DNA from: Ptychomitrium polyphyllum
Taxonomy: Eukaryota
Assembly (NCBI GenBank): GCA_973851085.1
Contig: OZ316775.1
Coordinates: 2,418,001 to 2,482,000 of the forward strand
Direction: 5' to 3'
DNA length: 64,000 bases
Shown: piece by piece, positions 1-14,300 of the stretch
How positions within the stretch are numbered: position 1 is the stretch's first letter
Layout: each line of letters starts with the position of its first letter
The notes under the pieces: model-generated
What the model saw: only the letters and a program-made list of their open reading frames with translations
Told to the model about the DNA's origin: nothing
The model's database searches: none
Program-made: the position numbers and the translations under genes

Positions 1-2126
1 AGGTCATATATATAATTTCTTCACTAATTATTTAAGATAAATTATGCATTTGAGTCTACATATATGTCATTGATGAAATTATAAAGACAAAGATATTATC
101 TACATCATTTCAAATATTATTTTGAGCTTGTTTGAATTTCCATTAAACCTTGTCCTTTGCCTCAAACTTTGAATTTTTTTTATTTGCCCCTTATAGGTTT
201 TATTTATAGTATATATTTTCTATGCATTTTTATTTCTTAATTTTTACCTCCTTGTGCATTCTTATTGGATGTTAGATTGGTAAAGGAACTTCTATTACTC
301 CTCTTCTTATTGCTTCTATTTTTTTTCCATCTTCTTCATCATTCAATATAATATTTAATATAAGTAGTTATTTTCTTAGAATAAAGTGTTAAAATAGTTA
401 ACAAGTGGTCGTTTGCCCTTATTTGCTTATTATTTTAGTTGTTCTAATTGTTGGCTACAAAATAAAATACAATACATTCAAAAGATGTTGTAATATAGTA
501 CTAATACGTCATAATCTATGTAGATGTATTTCAAAGAAATTACAGAGTTTAGAGGTGCAAGCACAAGACATTTCCATATTAAGAATGGAAGACATTTTAG
601 CCCTTGACGACCTTTCAATGGACAAGAAAGAGCATGCTCATTTTCCATACATCCTTAGCACCATAAAATGGCATTTATATTCATCAATTCAAAATAATAA
701 CAATTCTATTTTGAGGCTTGTAATTCAAACTATTTTTTTTATATAATATAAACTAATGCATAAAATTAAATTCAATAAATTATTTCCTTTGTTTATTTAA
801 TAATCTCAAAAAATAAAGAATAATAAGCATTTTTTTCTTTTGAAAGTCATTATATAATGTATATAATATTTTAAAATGTTATATAAAATCTAAAATTTTC
901 CATGGCCTATAATATTAGTAAATATTTGAAAAATAAAATATTACATTATATTATATCTTTTTTGTTGATTTGGATTTTTTTAAATGATGTGGTTATAGAA
1001 ATAATTATCATTGCAATGTTGGAGTGAAATAACCTTCAAATAGATGGTAATTATTAGAAACCATTTTATCTTGAAAAGGTTATTAAATTAAAAACTTATG
1101 GATGTTTAAATTTGGAAGAATTATACATGCAATAGTCTTGAAGTTATAAGTTGATTCAAGTGTAAATTAGACAAACCCAAAATATGAACCTATATATAAA
1201 TGTATAAGTATAAATATGCAATTAAATTTATAATGTAAAAATGTTCAAATGTAAAGTATATATATTATGAAAAAAAACTGTATGCAAAAAACACATTGTA
1301 TGGACAATTGACTAATTCTTAGAAAATTACATAAGCAACCTTTATAATGACTTGAAAGTTCATAATTTGAAAAAATTAATATTTATTAGAATATTATTAT
1401 GTTGGTCTTCAAAGGTTTTGTATTCTATGTTATAAATTTGATTTTATGCAAATTACTTAAGAAAAAATAAGATAATATACAATAGATACCTCAATTCTGA
1501 CATGTAATTTTTAGATTGATAATATTAATATTGGCAATTGAATTTGTGATAAATATTAAATCTTATTGTTTTGTGCACCAATATAGAATACTTATTTTCT
1601 ATAAATTATCTTCTAATTTAATGTATTTTTATTTTTTACAGAAGATAATAATCATAACATAATATTAAACAATATTCTATACAAATTTAGAGAGTTGAAA
1701 ATAACTTGTACTTTTTAACAATAAAAAGATAAATGTCATATTGTATTTAATAAAATTCTCAACTTTTACAAAACTTATAATATAAGAATATTTGAATATA
1801 CAAATCATATATTGGTTTATGTTGCTTGAATACTTTAGTTTTGACTTTGCTATAAATTTTTAAGAAAAAATGATGTTGATGATTTTTTTAATTGATTTTT
1901 TATCACTCATGATTACATAAGTCTATCTACAATGCAGATTTTCCTTTTTAATAAAAACATTCATTTTTTGAGGAAAATAATTAACTTGATTATATAATTA
2001 GTATGATTAAAATCAGTAAATCAAAACAACATTAATGTAGTCCATTAGCTTAATATTTTATATTTGATTTTTCTGATTCACATTTTGAAATAAAAAATTT
2101 AGTTTTTATAAAACAATTCTTATTTA

Positions 2127-4928
2127 CTAGGTAATGAAGTGGCTTACCAATCATTACAAAGCAGTAATACTTATGGCGCAACTAAAATTAATAAAATAAT
2201 GATGAAGTAATATATTATACATTTTAGAAAAAATTCATACGAAATAAACTTTTTTTGTAAGAAAGTGCCACATGTTACATTTTAATAGGTTGGGCTCCTT
2301 ATAAAAGATGATGTATTAGTATAAAACATTAAAAGTTTGATTTTGTAATATGCCATATAGGTATCAACACCATTTAGTTATAATCATTATTATTTTTAGT
2401 TATTATCAAATCCAATTTTTTCAAATGTTTATTTGAATATTTATTATAATTATTTTATTTTGTATTTATTCAAAAAAAATTGTGTTCTATAAAAATAGGT
2501 AAATAACACAAACTTAAATGTAAAAAAATATATATAAGTTAAAAAAGTTGATTAGTTCTAGAAAAATACACATACAATGTATGGCTTTTAAAAAGTTTAC
2601 GTTTTGTAAAAATAATTTTAATTAGAACTTAAATTTTTTATAGAAAATCAATGTTGTTTAGATTTATACTTGGTTCTTTTTAGAATTTACTTATAATTAA
2701 ATCATTTTTTTCTTTATCAAAAACCATAGAATCATTTTATATAATTACTATTTTAATATTTAGATTATATTTTAGTTTAATTTACTTGAATCTACATTGC
2801 TTAAATAGAAATTCTATTTTGTCAAATACAAAAATCTTCACAAACAAAGAGTATATTTTAATAATAATTTTTAAGTAAATTTACATTTAACATTTAATAG
2901 TTTTATAAAGTAGATATCATTTGGTTATTTTGTACAGTTATAATTTCGAAAATAAATAATCTCACAAATGAAAAAAAGATGCATACAAATCAATCTTTCT
3001 TATATATGACAATGACATGGCTTACAAATTGATACCATCCCAAAAAACAAAAAAAATCATAAACTTTCTTTAGCATAATTATCATCAATGGAATTATTAT
3101 AGCAGTATAGAAAAAAATAATTAAAAAATTACAAATATGAGAAACTCCGTGAGATTTATATGTGAGACATGTTATAAGAAAAATAAACACATTGGAGAAA
3201 AAGATAACCAACTTGTTATTACAAAACCTTTCAATTAGCACTATTTTTTTCTAAATATAAAAATAGAAAATCCTTTTATATTTTTGTAGTTGGATTGTAA
3301 ACCACCCATTGGCTTTGCAATGCAAGGCAATAATGTAATTATTTGATACCATAAATAATAGTTCATGCAATAAATGTTGTATTATTGTATTTGAGGTAAA
3401 TTTTTATTACCAAGGTAATGTTTTTATATTAATAGAAACTATCTGTAATAAAGTTTTTAAATATATGGGTTAAAGGATTATCTATTTTATTATGAAACTG
3501 ATATTCTAGTAATATCAATTTATTAATTTAATTAAATTTTGAGATAGAATCTATTTAGAATAATTCTATCAGTTTCTTTAGGCAACACACTTTTCATATT
3601 GTTTGGTGATGTTTGGCCTTGAAAATACTACATACAATCGATTATGAGCAAATGCACAAGCACATAAATCCAACCCTATATCTTGAAAATTATGTCTTTG
3701 AAATTTATTTATTTCAACAACAAGAATTATATTTAAAATGATGTCATTGCTTAGTATATTCAAATAGCTACTTTGAAAGCAGTGTAGTTATAATATTAAA
3801 CAGTGCATAAATCCCAATTTTCTTTGATGACATTCATTTTTGCAAATCAATGAGAAACAAGCAAGTTATTACTTAATCTTTACTCAATAGCCAAGTTTTA
3901 CAAAAATGGGTTACGACTTCTATTTTTTAAAATAAAATACTTGATAAATGCATTTCTCTTGGAACCAAGGTGTTTAAGAATTCAATAAGATGTGTTGTGC
4001 TCACAAAGCAAATGTATCACTAATTAGTAACAAAAGGAAAATAATAAACATCCTTGTAAGCAGCATGTGGTGGATTGAATAAGAATCCATTCAATGCTAG
4101 TGGTGAGGGTTTAGACCCCAGAAGTGGCTTTTGGATCAGGGTGCTGCTCTACTGGAGCCAATTCAAATCCAGTTTCTCTTTAATCTGTCATAAGTGCTCA
4201 AAATGATTTAATTTTTTTATAACCAATGAACAAACAAATTGGGAAAGAAATGTATGTTTGTCTTTAATGCACCGAACTTGCTATGCGAAGTATGGTATGT
4301 TATTGTGGTCTGTTCTTTGTTCAACATTATGATAAATGTGCATTTTATTAGTAGCCTCTTGTAAACAACATCATTTTTTTTATTCATCTAAGAACATGTT
4401 AAATGAAGAATAGGTTGTAGCTTGAAATGATTATCCTTGAAACCACATAATCTTGCACGCCAATTTAAATTGGATTTATCAAATTGTACATATCAATTTC
4501 AAATACTAATCAATTATAACAAGATTTTTATAAAAAATACTTCATCCAATTAATTCATGGCTTCAAGTTTTAGACATGGCCATCATTAGTAGAATGATAG
4601 TGATGCCCAAAATTTGAAGCCATATCTCAATTGGGATGTGGGCTTATCTTATTAATTTTATAATTCATAATTCACTAAAAAATCAAAGATTTTATGTAAA
4701 TCATAATTTAGGCATGGTCAATCTAAGTGTTTCTTCTACAGAACATTAAATTGTGGTAAATTATTAGGAGAAAATGATTAAAATATTCATAATACTTACA
4801 AATATTTGTCATTGGTCATATTTAAGGTTTTGAATTGTTGATTCAAAGCTTTAAAACAATGTTAAAGAAGCATTGGAACATCAATTCAAATCATCAAGGC
4901 TGCAAATATGCATAAATTCACCATATGA

Positions 4929-4959
<31 letters not shown>

Positions 4960-7000
4960 TTATCTATGAGCCATATAAGTATGTTAGGAAGTTCTAATAG
5001 AGTTTTAAATGTAAAAGAAACCTTATAGCTTCTATTGATTAAAAATATTGCTAGGCCAAAGCTTCTACATTTTTTTTATTTGTATTTTTGAAATAAAATC
5101 TAATGGTCATTGTATTGTATGACATTTTGCCTTGTTTTTATTTCTTCATTTTAAAAAGACATTATTTTATTATTTCCAAATATAAATATAATAATGCTTT
5201 TATACTAAGCATATTGTTAACCATTTAATTGTGATTTGTACTCGTTAACAATGTTTTGTACATTACTAATATTTCAACCATATTTTCATATTTAATAAAA
5301 AGATCTAAATTTGTATTTAATTTTTTTTAATGTTTGAAAAGCCAAACCGCAAGTTGAATTAACAAATCATAATAAGAGAATTGCAAGTATTAACTGCATG
5401 TATACAATATAGCATAAAACTTTCATATGTGCAAAAAATATTATTTATACAATGTATCTTGCAAATTTTTTAAGTTGCAAGGAAAAAGCACATATAATTT
5501 GGAAGTGAGTGAATTTCATTGTCTGAATATCATTACCTGAATTCAACTTTTAATGTTTCTTTGTGTTTCAAAGAAACTTTTATTAGATTTCTTTTTAACT
5601 ATTGCAATATCAAACCACATTTGAAAATGAACTCTATGAAACATTCTCTTTCTTGTTATTATATGTACTAAGTTCCAATTATTTTAATAAAAATTCAGAA
5701 TAATTCACTAAAAGTACAGTATAAAAAGCAAACAACTTCTCCTAATTTAAAACATAAATTTGATTAGATTCCTCAACTTGAAGTTTAATCAATGTTCCTT
5801 GATTTCATAATGAAGTTGAAGTCTTCCATTAAGAAGAAACATGATAATAATTAACATGTTACTTTCAGCTTTTTATGTACAAATGCTTTTATTGTCATCC
5901 AATTATTTCTTCAATTTATTTATTTTTAAAAATCTCAAGACCATACATTAATTCATTAAATTATTTTCCAACATTTTTTCTTTGATTTTGTCAAACAGTA
6001 CCTATTCGTTTTATGTCATTGTTTGAATGATTAAATTAATCTTTCTAAAAAAACTTTCTAAAAACCAAATTTGATATGTAGTTTTGAACTTTGTATTTTT
6101 CAATTTCCATAATGATAGAAAGTGATTAACTTTACTATGACATCGTCCAAAAATAAAGACTAAACAACAAATTCTATTGAAATATTATCTTTACAATTAT
6201 GACTTGATTTTAGTAGGCTACTTTTGCTCTAATTCATATTTAGCCACAAATAATCTATGTTTATGATCTCGTATAATTTGATTTAACATATGACTAAATC
6301 TCTTTTTGTAAAAAAAATCCTCAATTTGTATTTTGGCTTAAGTAACAATAATTACATAAAACCTTTGAATATGCTCAAAAATCTTTAAATGATTTTGTAT
6401 TTCCAAAAAGAATTGTAACAACATTGTTGGCATTGATAATTGAATGAACAAATGTTCAATTATATGTTGACTGTTGTTTAATATATAGAACTACAAGTTG
6501 TCAATCAACCATGTAAATTATTATTATAATATGCTTATATATTAACATTTTTTGAATGCATATGGCCATTTATAAATGTTGAATGTGCTTGATTATATGG
6601 CATGAATTAAAAACATTAATATTACAAGATTATTATGGATGATACTAAAGTTTATTGGATCCATCAAGAAGTCTCATCCATTGTATAAAAATGATTTTGG
6701 TATGTAGTCATTGTTATTTTGAAGTGATTTTTTTATAGGTTATTGAAAAAGGAATTGAAATTATACATCTTTTGTAACTAATATGAGGTGCAACAAGCAT
6801 TAAATCAAAGTATTAGTTGCACTTTAAACTTAAAATAAATTCAATTGGTCTTTAATGTGTTAATTATAATGGAATTTTATAATAGTATCAAGAGATGTTT
6901 AAAGATGGTACATGAATTGGCTCAAACTTATGGCATCTATCATCTACAAGACCAATGACTTTTTATTTGTTATAGCTAATGATTCAAGTTTCATTTTATT
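2127..7000 (-). mobile_element. Heavily decayed Helitron (Rep/PIF1-like helicase) relic
   Basis: Minus-strand fragments lie in Helitron order. Rep-region remnants: MPYNQAHSTFINGH (~6560-6610, cf. VVPYNP..HINVE) and SQFMYH (~6905-6925). Helicase remnants: GITIILL (~4580-4610, cf. SGIAATLL), EFLNTLVP (~3960-3990, cf. EFLNSL.P.G.P) and INKFQRHNFQDIGLDL...FAHNRLYVVFSR (ORF 3578-3763, cf. INKSQGQT...VG.DL..VFSHGQLYVALSR). A hairpin plus CTAG-T sits on the - strand at 2126-2157. Many stops and frameshifts; the upstream boundary is approximate. Confidence 0.75.
4928..4953. repeat. (TA)n microsatellite
   Basis: Run of TA dinucleotides seen directly. Confidence 0.9.
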
Positions 7001-7740
7001 TATACATTAGGTTAAGTAGTGGTTTATATTAATCATTTTAAATTATTATTACTTTATGTGCCAAAAAATATTAATATGATAAAATCACGTACTTTAAAAA
7101 TAATTTTGATTGGAAATAATTATTTTGATAATAACTTCAAATGTTATAAATTAAAATTATTGAAACATGCACGTATGAATCACAAATTTTAAAATAAATT
7201 ATAAAAAAAATGTATAAATAAAAAATAAATATATTATTTTATGTCAATTTATTTGTTCAAAATTTTACTAAGCTTTATTTTAAAGAAGATCAACACTTAT
7301 CTAAATGCTTTTGAAGAATTTGAAATATTTGAAGATATATATATATATACATATATCTATAAATGAATGTCAAATGAATGGATTTAAACAACATGTTAAT
7401 AGATTTTAGAACAAATGGTATATAGAAAAGTTTTAAATGTCGCACAATCGTTGTAATTTTAAATAATAATATCAATCAATTTAAACTTATATTGTATTGT
7501 ATTTAAAATTAGTGGAAGTGATTTAATTTTGAAATATAGGCACTCATCTATTATTTAGAATATAGTGAATAAATGAAATTCATATATCAATCTTTAAATG
7601 AAAATTGTAATAAAAACAAATATAAAGCCCATATTATCTATTGTAGGAATTATTTTATTGGTAAAGAAGTATTGAAACCGTAGCCCAAAGGTAGAAAATA
7701 AACTTTAAAATAAAATAAAATATCTATAAACCGCTCTTTC

Positions 7741-7790
7741 CTGCGCCATTCGGCGCCTTTTGAAACGAAGGAACGGTGCAGCTTACTAGT
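7741..7790 (+). mobile_element. Candidate Helitron 3' terminus (GC-rich hairpin + CTAG|T)
   Basis: CTGCGCCATTC (7741-7751) is near-complementary to GAACGGTGCAG (7771-7781), with one G-T pair and one mismatch. CTAG follows at 7786-7789 and T at 7790. Confidence 0.5.
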
Positions 7791-9011
7791 GATTTTATTG
7801 CAAATAAAGTGATTTTAGCTCACAAAACAGAATAAAATGCTTTGAGGCCAATGGCCTCAAAGTCCAAGACGATTATTTTGTTTGTAGCCTTCCAGGTGAA
7901 TAATATATATAATTATTAAGCTGGAGTTATATGAAATCCACATTTTCAAATTTGAATTTTTATTGTTTTAATTAATTAAATTTCTCACTTCTTCATAAAA
8001 TGATGCCTCTAGTAACCTGGATAATCTACCTAAATTCTAAAATTACATTTCTATTTTTCTTAGAATTTTAACTTTAATTTTAATCTTCGCAAAATGACTC
8101 TACATAGAGTTCTGGATTTCAAGAATTTAATCCATTCATTAGCATGTTAACACTTAGGTTTCATTATTAACATGAATTGTTATATATTTATAAGGAGAAA
8201 TCCACACTTTAACCAAAAAAAGTTTACATTTATTTCCACATACATTTGTATGTAGAAGGATTCATTGAATTTCTTTGGGGGAGGAAGCTACTAATTGGAG
8301 CTGTTCAGTAAATATCCAATAAAATTTAAAAATTATCTCAATAAAAACAATATTTTAGTTTCTTGTATTACCATAGAAGAAAATAACAACCCAGATACTT
8401 GAATAATTAAACCAATTCTTTCAAGCCTTTCAAAATTAACTTGCCATAGATTTATTTTAATTTGGTTTAAATTAAGTGCATGCTATGGAAAGTGAATGTG
8501 ACTTTTTGATTTTTCTTGATTAAAGATGTTCACCAAGCTCCGTAACCATAAAAATGTTTTATTTCTCTTATTTTTTGTTGATAAATATATGAAAAATAGA
8601 TTATATGATATGCTAGAATAAGTTTGCAATATGGAAGGAAAATTGCTTAAAGTAAGAGCTTTCCTTACTTATGAACTAGTAAAAATAAATATGAAGAAGA
8701 AACCACCAAAATCCCACCTACAATTTGATATGGTATTGAGCAAAAATAACTTTAGAAGCTTGTGTGCTATTAAAACATAGCTCAAAAGGCTTGTAATATC
8801 AAATAAGAGTCCATTATTCTTGCCTTTAGCTGCAATCTTTCTTTTTGAAATACAAAAAAATCCTTGTAAACCACTTCAACCAAGTGATGCAGATAATAGA
8901 ATTGTTACAATTTAAAACCATATAACATTTTTATTAGAAGATGCACTAAACTGTGAAATAACCAAAAAAATTAATTGAAAATTTTAAAATTGATTAAAAT
9001 TTATACATACA

Positions 9012-9015
<4 letters not shown>

Positions 9016-9042
<27 letters not shown>
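9016..9042. repeat. (TA)n microsatellite
   Basis: Run of TA dinucleotides seen directly. Confidence 0.9.
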
Positions 9043-9046
<4 letters not shown>

Positions 9047-12000
9047 CATGTGGTATTGAATGGATGAAGCTAAGAAATAAGATTAACAGCTTGGCTTTAT
9101 TTTAGACCTTTATTTTTAATAAAAGTTGGTTTGACAAATAATATCTTTATACCATTTGAAAAGATGTTAAAACCCTTTTTTTTTTAAATGTTATGCATTT
9201 ATTAATGTCCAAACATGAATTGAAATAAAAGTTAATAGCGGTTTAAATTTTTCCCTATAATGGACTCAAAATAAAGTAGGAAAAACCTCAATTGTACTAG
9301 CCATGTAGGAATTGATGTTTATTAAAATCATTTGGAATCCAAGTGATAATATTCTAGTTGTAAAATCAATAAGATATTCATAATTATAAATCCATAATGA
9401 ATAGGATTTTGAAGAATAAGGTTTTTTTCAAAACAAACATATCTAATGCCACAAATTGCATTTTAGTCCACCTATTGTGAGTCATTTGAATACACCCATG
9501 TATAGTAGTGATTAAAATTAGATAGCAATTTATACACATAATACCTTTAGATGTTCAAATTATGTATTGTTATATTTTTTAAACTTAGAATTGATTTTTT
9601 CCACACAAAGTTAGAGAAATATATTCCTTTTTATAAATTATAATGTATTGTAAGGGCCACTTCATATGGATCTATGGGATTTATTAAGAATTCTATATAT
9701 GTTTTAAATAAGCACTTTAGGTTTAACTTTTATGAGAATTGGAAATTCTTAATAAATTTCACACATTATGAGTGCCTAATGAGTGTCATATGTCCTTAAA
9801 ACACCTAGAAGATATTTCTAAATCCTACTAATTGAGTTTTTAAAAAGTTGATAAAGAATTTATTTATCACCAAATGAGCACACCCTTAAAAAATCCATTT
9901 TGAGTTTACAAAACATGTTAGAAATGCACCTTGTGAGATTTGAAGAGCATTGTTGAATGTTTCCTTTTTCTTAAAAAGATTTGAGGAACATTGCATTGAC
10001 TAATATACTTTATGATTATACACTGCATTTATGAATCTTGTTTTTGGCACAATCCATTGACACAGATCAATCAACAAATAGTACACTTGTGTTGCAGGTC
10101 AGAGTTGCATTAGAGCATGCCAGATAATGAATGGAGAGCTTACTTCTAAGTTAGTACATCCGACACTTGCCACATCCCCTTGGTCCATGTCTCCTTCATG
10201 CAGCCCAACATCAGCATGCCAAACTTGTGCTGAGAGGTCAACTGGTCTCTTTTTCAAATAATTTGATTTCAATTTTGTAGAGGGTCCATTTTCCATTAGC
10301 AAATAATCACAAGGACTATGAAATTCTATCTGGTCTTGTGACTGAGGAGCCGAACCAATTTGTATATGTACTTGCAAAGCTCAGTTTATTCTGGCACATG
10401 ATACAACCTGTTGCAAAGGATAACAAGTTCTAGAACAGGAGAAAGATTTCCATCCTGATAAGTGTGTAAGAGTAAACTTTAACATTTTCTGTATCTTTTT
10501 TCTTCATTGTGCTTTTCATGGGTTGCCCTCGGATAGGATTGACTGATCAGCAGGATATGCGAATATACAAGAATGCAGAGCAACAATCGAGGCAACTTGT
10601 GACAGTTGCCTGAACAATTCCTCCAACAATACCCTAACAAAGGTAGCTCCAGTGGATGGCTCTTCTCTACACCGGCCCTCCAGAGAGACAGGAGATGGTC
10701 GGCGCCTATGTGTCACTAAGAGTAAGTTAAAACTTTTCAAGCTCAGTTCCTGCTGAACCATTTGCATGAGGGTTTTTGGCCAAGGGCATATAACATACAT
10801 CTAATTAATTCTGCAGCTACATATTATAGCCGGCACTGAAATAATTCAATCATTACAAATGGCCATTGCCTCATTTTGTAATGAGCAACTGCAAACTTTT
10901 CTTCATCCCAATATTTGCATGTATTGATGGTCTTTTTCCTATCAAATCCTATTAAGTTGGGAACCATTGGGTCTGTAGGTAACAAGCTGCGTCAAACAAT
11001 CTGTATCTATTCAATCTGCAACTATTTGTTCTTGTGTGGCCCTCAGTCTTGTCCAAGGGCCCCTCCCACGTGGGGTGCAAGACTTGTGATAGCCGTATGG
11101 GTGACGAAAGCAGAGGTCTCATCAGTCATTTTTTGGCAAGTTGAGCAACAATTATATCTGGTATGTAATCCCATGCACAGTAAAAGATTATGTGCATTCC
11201 TCAAAATAAGTTTAGTGTGAACATGCACAAAGATGTGACATTTCTCTCCAGATTGCTTGTGGACAGTGTGCATGTAACTTGCATGGTTGTCTGATTGATG
11301 AGTCCACCTGAGTCACCCAGGTGCGTAACTTCAGCGGTGACCAAAGGGTCTATGACAAGAGGTTCTTGAGCATATGATAAGAAGCAATGCACATACTTTC
11401 TCATAATACAACTTGTCATACTCAAACAACATGTTACCTATTAACAAATTCCAGGATGGACAAGTTGAACAATGAGCAGATTGCAGTTAGATCCTAGCTT
11501 CAATTTGAGAAATCATATTGAATTTGAACTCCTTTATAGGTAAGAAGGTAGGAATAGAACCTTACATACTTCCAATGGTTTGAAGAAGAATAACATAATT
11601 TTGAGGTGTAGTACGGAAAGTTATCTCAATAACAACTATCCTTTTCAAATCATTGTTCTCCTTCTTGCTGCATGAAGACCTCACCAAAAGGTAATAATAT
11701 TTTGATTACAAAAGGAAAACAAATACAAATTTTGTTCACTTTAAAATAGCATAAATTACAAGTTTGTCATGTTAAATCCTTCAAGACATTAAGTAACTTG
11801 ATGGCAACTTAAATTTCTAATTTATTTCTTAAATAATTATTAACTATTTATGAAACTAACTTCTAAAGAATCAAAGAGTAAAAATTAAAACTTACATCTA
11901 CTATGATATATGACTAATACACCTTTGATGAAGTTTGAATCAAAAGTAGAAATGAAAGTACAAGGTTCAAAATTCATCCATATGGTCAAGCTTTCAAAAA

Positions 12001-12399
12001 TTGGTTTAGCTCTCTATACAAGGAATTCAAATGCATCCAATTTTAAATATTGGTTAGAATCAAATTTCTTGATTTTTTATTGCAAACAAATTTAAATATT
12101 TTAAAAAAGGTTAATGAATAACAAAAAAAATTCTTTTTCTAAAATAGTAAATTGCATGATGTTGTTACAACATTGAAATATCAATCTAACTTGCAATTCC
12201 TTTTTGTAAAATTTCACTTGGACTAACATAATTTTAACTTTGCTAGAAAGTAGAATTGACTTTGTATGAGAATATGTAAATCATCATCATTATTCTACTA
12301 TTATTGTTATCATGATAAATATTGGTTATTCAAATTTTCATTTTTGAAAGTTCTTCTCTTTTCAATAGCTATATTTATTTATAATATATAATAAATCCA

Positions 12400-14300
12400 T
12401 TATTAAAGTTTTGAATGCTTTCATCTCAACTTTCTTTCATATAAGATGAATATTAAATGATTTTCTTCTATGTTCTTGGATATAAATATACTTGCCTTTT
12501 ATAAGAGTAAAACATACATGATAAATAAAATATTCCATTCAATTTTTTTGCAAATGATTATGACATATGTGATATGTTTTTATAAATCATCATTAACATT
12601 CCAAAACAATTTTAATAATTCTAATTCTTACCAATATCATTTTAAATCATTTCACTACTTATTCATGGATGATTTTCTGTCACATCTTTCTTAAAAAGAT
12701 TTTTGATAACTTTTTCAATGCTCTTTGTTTAGATTGTATCATTTAGATAATTTCTAAAAAAACCACATTGAGCCTCAAATGCAAAAAGATTGTAGTATAT
12801 GTTAGATTTTTAGGTTTTTTTGCTAAAACTTAATTTACAGTAGTATATATGGTCTTTATTACATTGGAATCAAAACTTCTTTTTAAAGTTTTTCAAATCT
12901 ATCTTGTACTTTTATTCTTTTTAATTCTTAAAACTAAATAACTTATTGCAATTACAGTTCTTCAATTCAATTGCTTTTAAAATCAATAATTCAAAATAAT
13001 ATTAAAGTATATATAGCAATGGCATGAAGCCTCAAGATGATTATATTTATGGTCTTTATCCACCATGAAGTTCATCATCATGTTTGCACTTGTAATAAAA
13101 ACAATGAATTATTTGAGTCTATTTTGTAATCATTATAAGTTTTCATTACAATTACTTCAACTTTTTTTTAAATCATAGTATTTTTCATGTTTCATGAAAA
13201 GTCATGATTTTTAGTTGACATATGCCTCCATTATCTAAAAACATAACTTTTAATTTTTTTCTTATTTACAATGATAAAGTTTTTTACAAAAAGAAACTTG
13301 GATCCTACAATTATGGGTCCATCATTTAAGGCACTTCGAATATATTCACTATGAATTCATAATTATTTTGTTGAATGGAAATCACTGCAACAATAAGGAG
13401 AACTTTACAAAAGTTCTGAGCTACAAAGTTGTATAGTGTTTGGATTTACTTGTAGAATATTTATAAAGTTAGCTCCATTTCAATGGTCAAATGCTTTAAT
13501 TACCAAAAGTCCTAGGACTAATTCATGCTATAGCTATCAATTAAGTGAACAAAAGATTCTAGCAATTTGATTGCTTACAAAAAAGCCTTCACATCAGAGG
13601 CCAGAAGCCAAAGGATATAGATTTCTAAAATGTTTACATGAAAACACCTTTTATGATTTCTGGCACCAAATTTTTATCAAGTAAAAGAATTATTCACTGC
13701 AAGTAACAGATCCAAACTTTTTATAAGCAAAAACTTATTTTCACTACAATATTTGATAATTTACAAGATATAGATCATTCAATTGGATAAATCTTTTTAG
13801 TTTTGAAATAAAATGTGGGCTACTCTTCTTTTATCTCTTTCTCTCTTTTCAAAAATAAAAATAAAATTTTGAACTCTAATTTTATATATTTTCTTAAAAC
13901 ACATTCATCAATTTTTGATCAATTATTCTTAACCTTCAATTTTTTAATTTTTTCGTGATTCTTGATTTAGCCATTGAATTGAGCTTAGATATCTAAAATA
14001 TATAACAGACTTCATAAAAAATCCTTCCAAAATTTTTTTTTAACTGAATTGAAAATGCAATGCTAATTTCATGCTTGTAAGAAGGTGGAAACATAAGAAA
14101 TACACGTTTGAAGTTAGTTGAGCCTTCAGCTTACTTCAACTATGAATTTCCAAAAGCCTCTTCTCATTTATAAACTATGGTTGATTTGTTTGTTATAACT
14201 TTCAAATCAATCGTTAGAATGAACTCACACTTTACAACATGTACTAAACTTTATCAAATTTTGGCTCAAGCAAATGTTATGCTTAGTTGGGTACTTTGGA
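12400..14300 (-). mobile_element. Possible decayed hAT-like (ZNF862-type) transposase relic
   Basis: Faint minus-strand motifs in the expected order: ALNDGPIIVG (~13310-13335, cf. SDGASVM.G), IHCFYYKC (~13085-13110, cf. HC.AHR.NL) and KSTR*I (~12895-12915, cf. KTRWI). Very degenerate; boundaries approximate. Confidence 0.3.

Noticed and set aside
405..746. 113-aa ORF and other short ORFs in AT-rich blocks as genes
   Set aside because: Non-ATG or low-complexity frames with no motifs or splice structure; expected by chance in decayed TE DNA.
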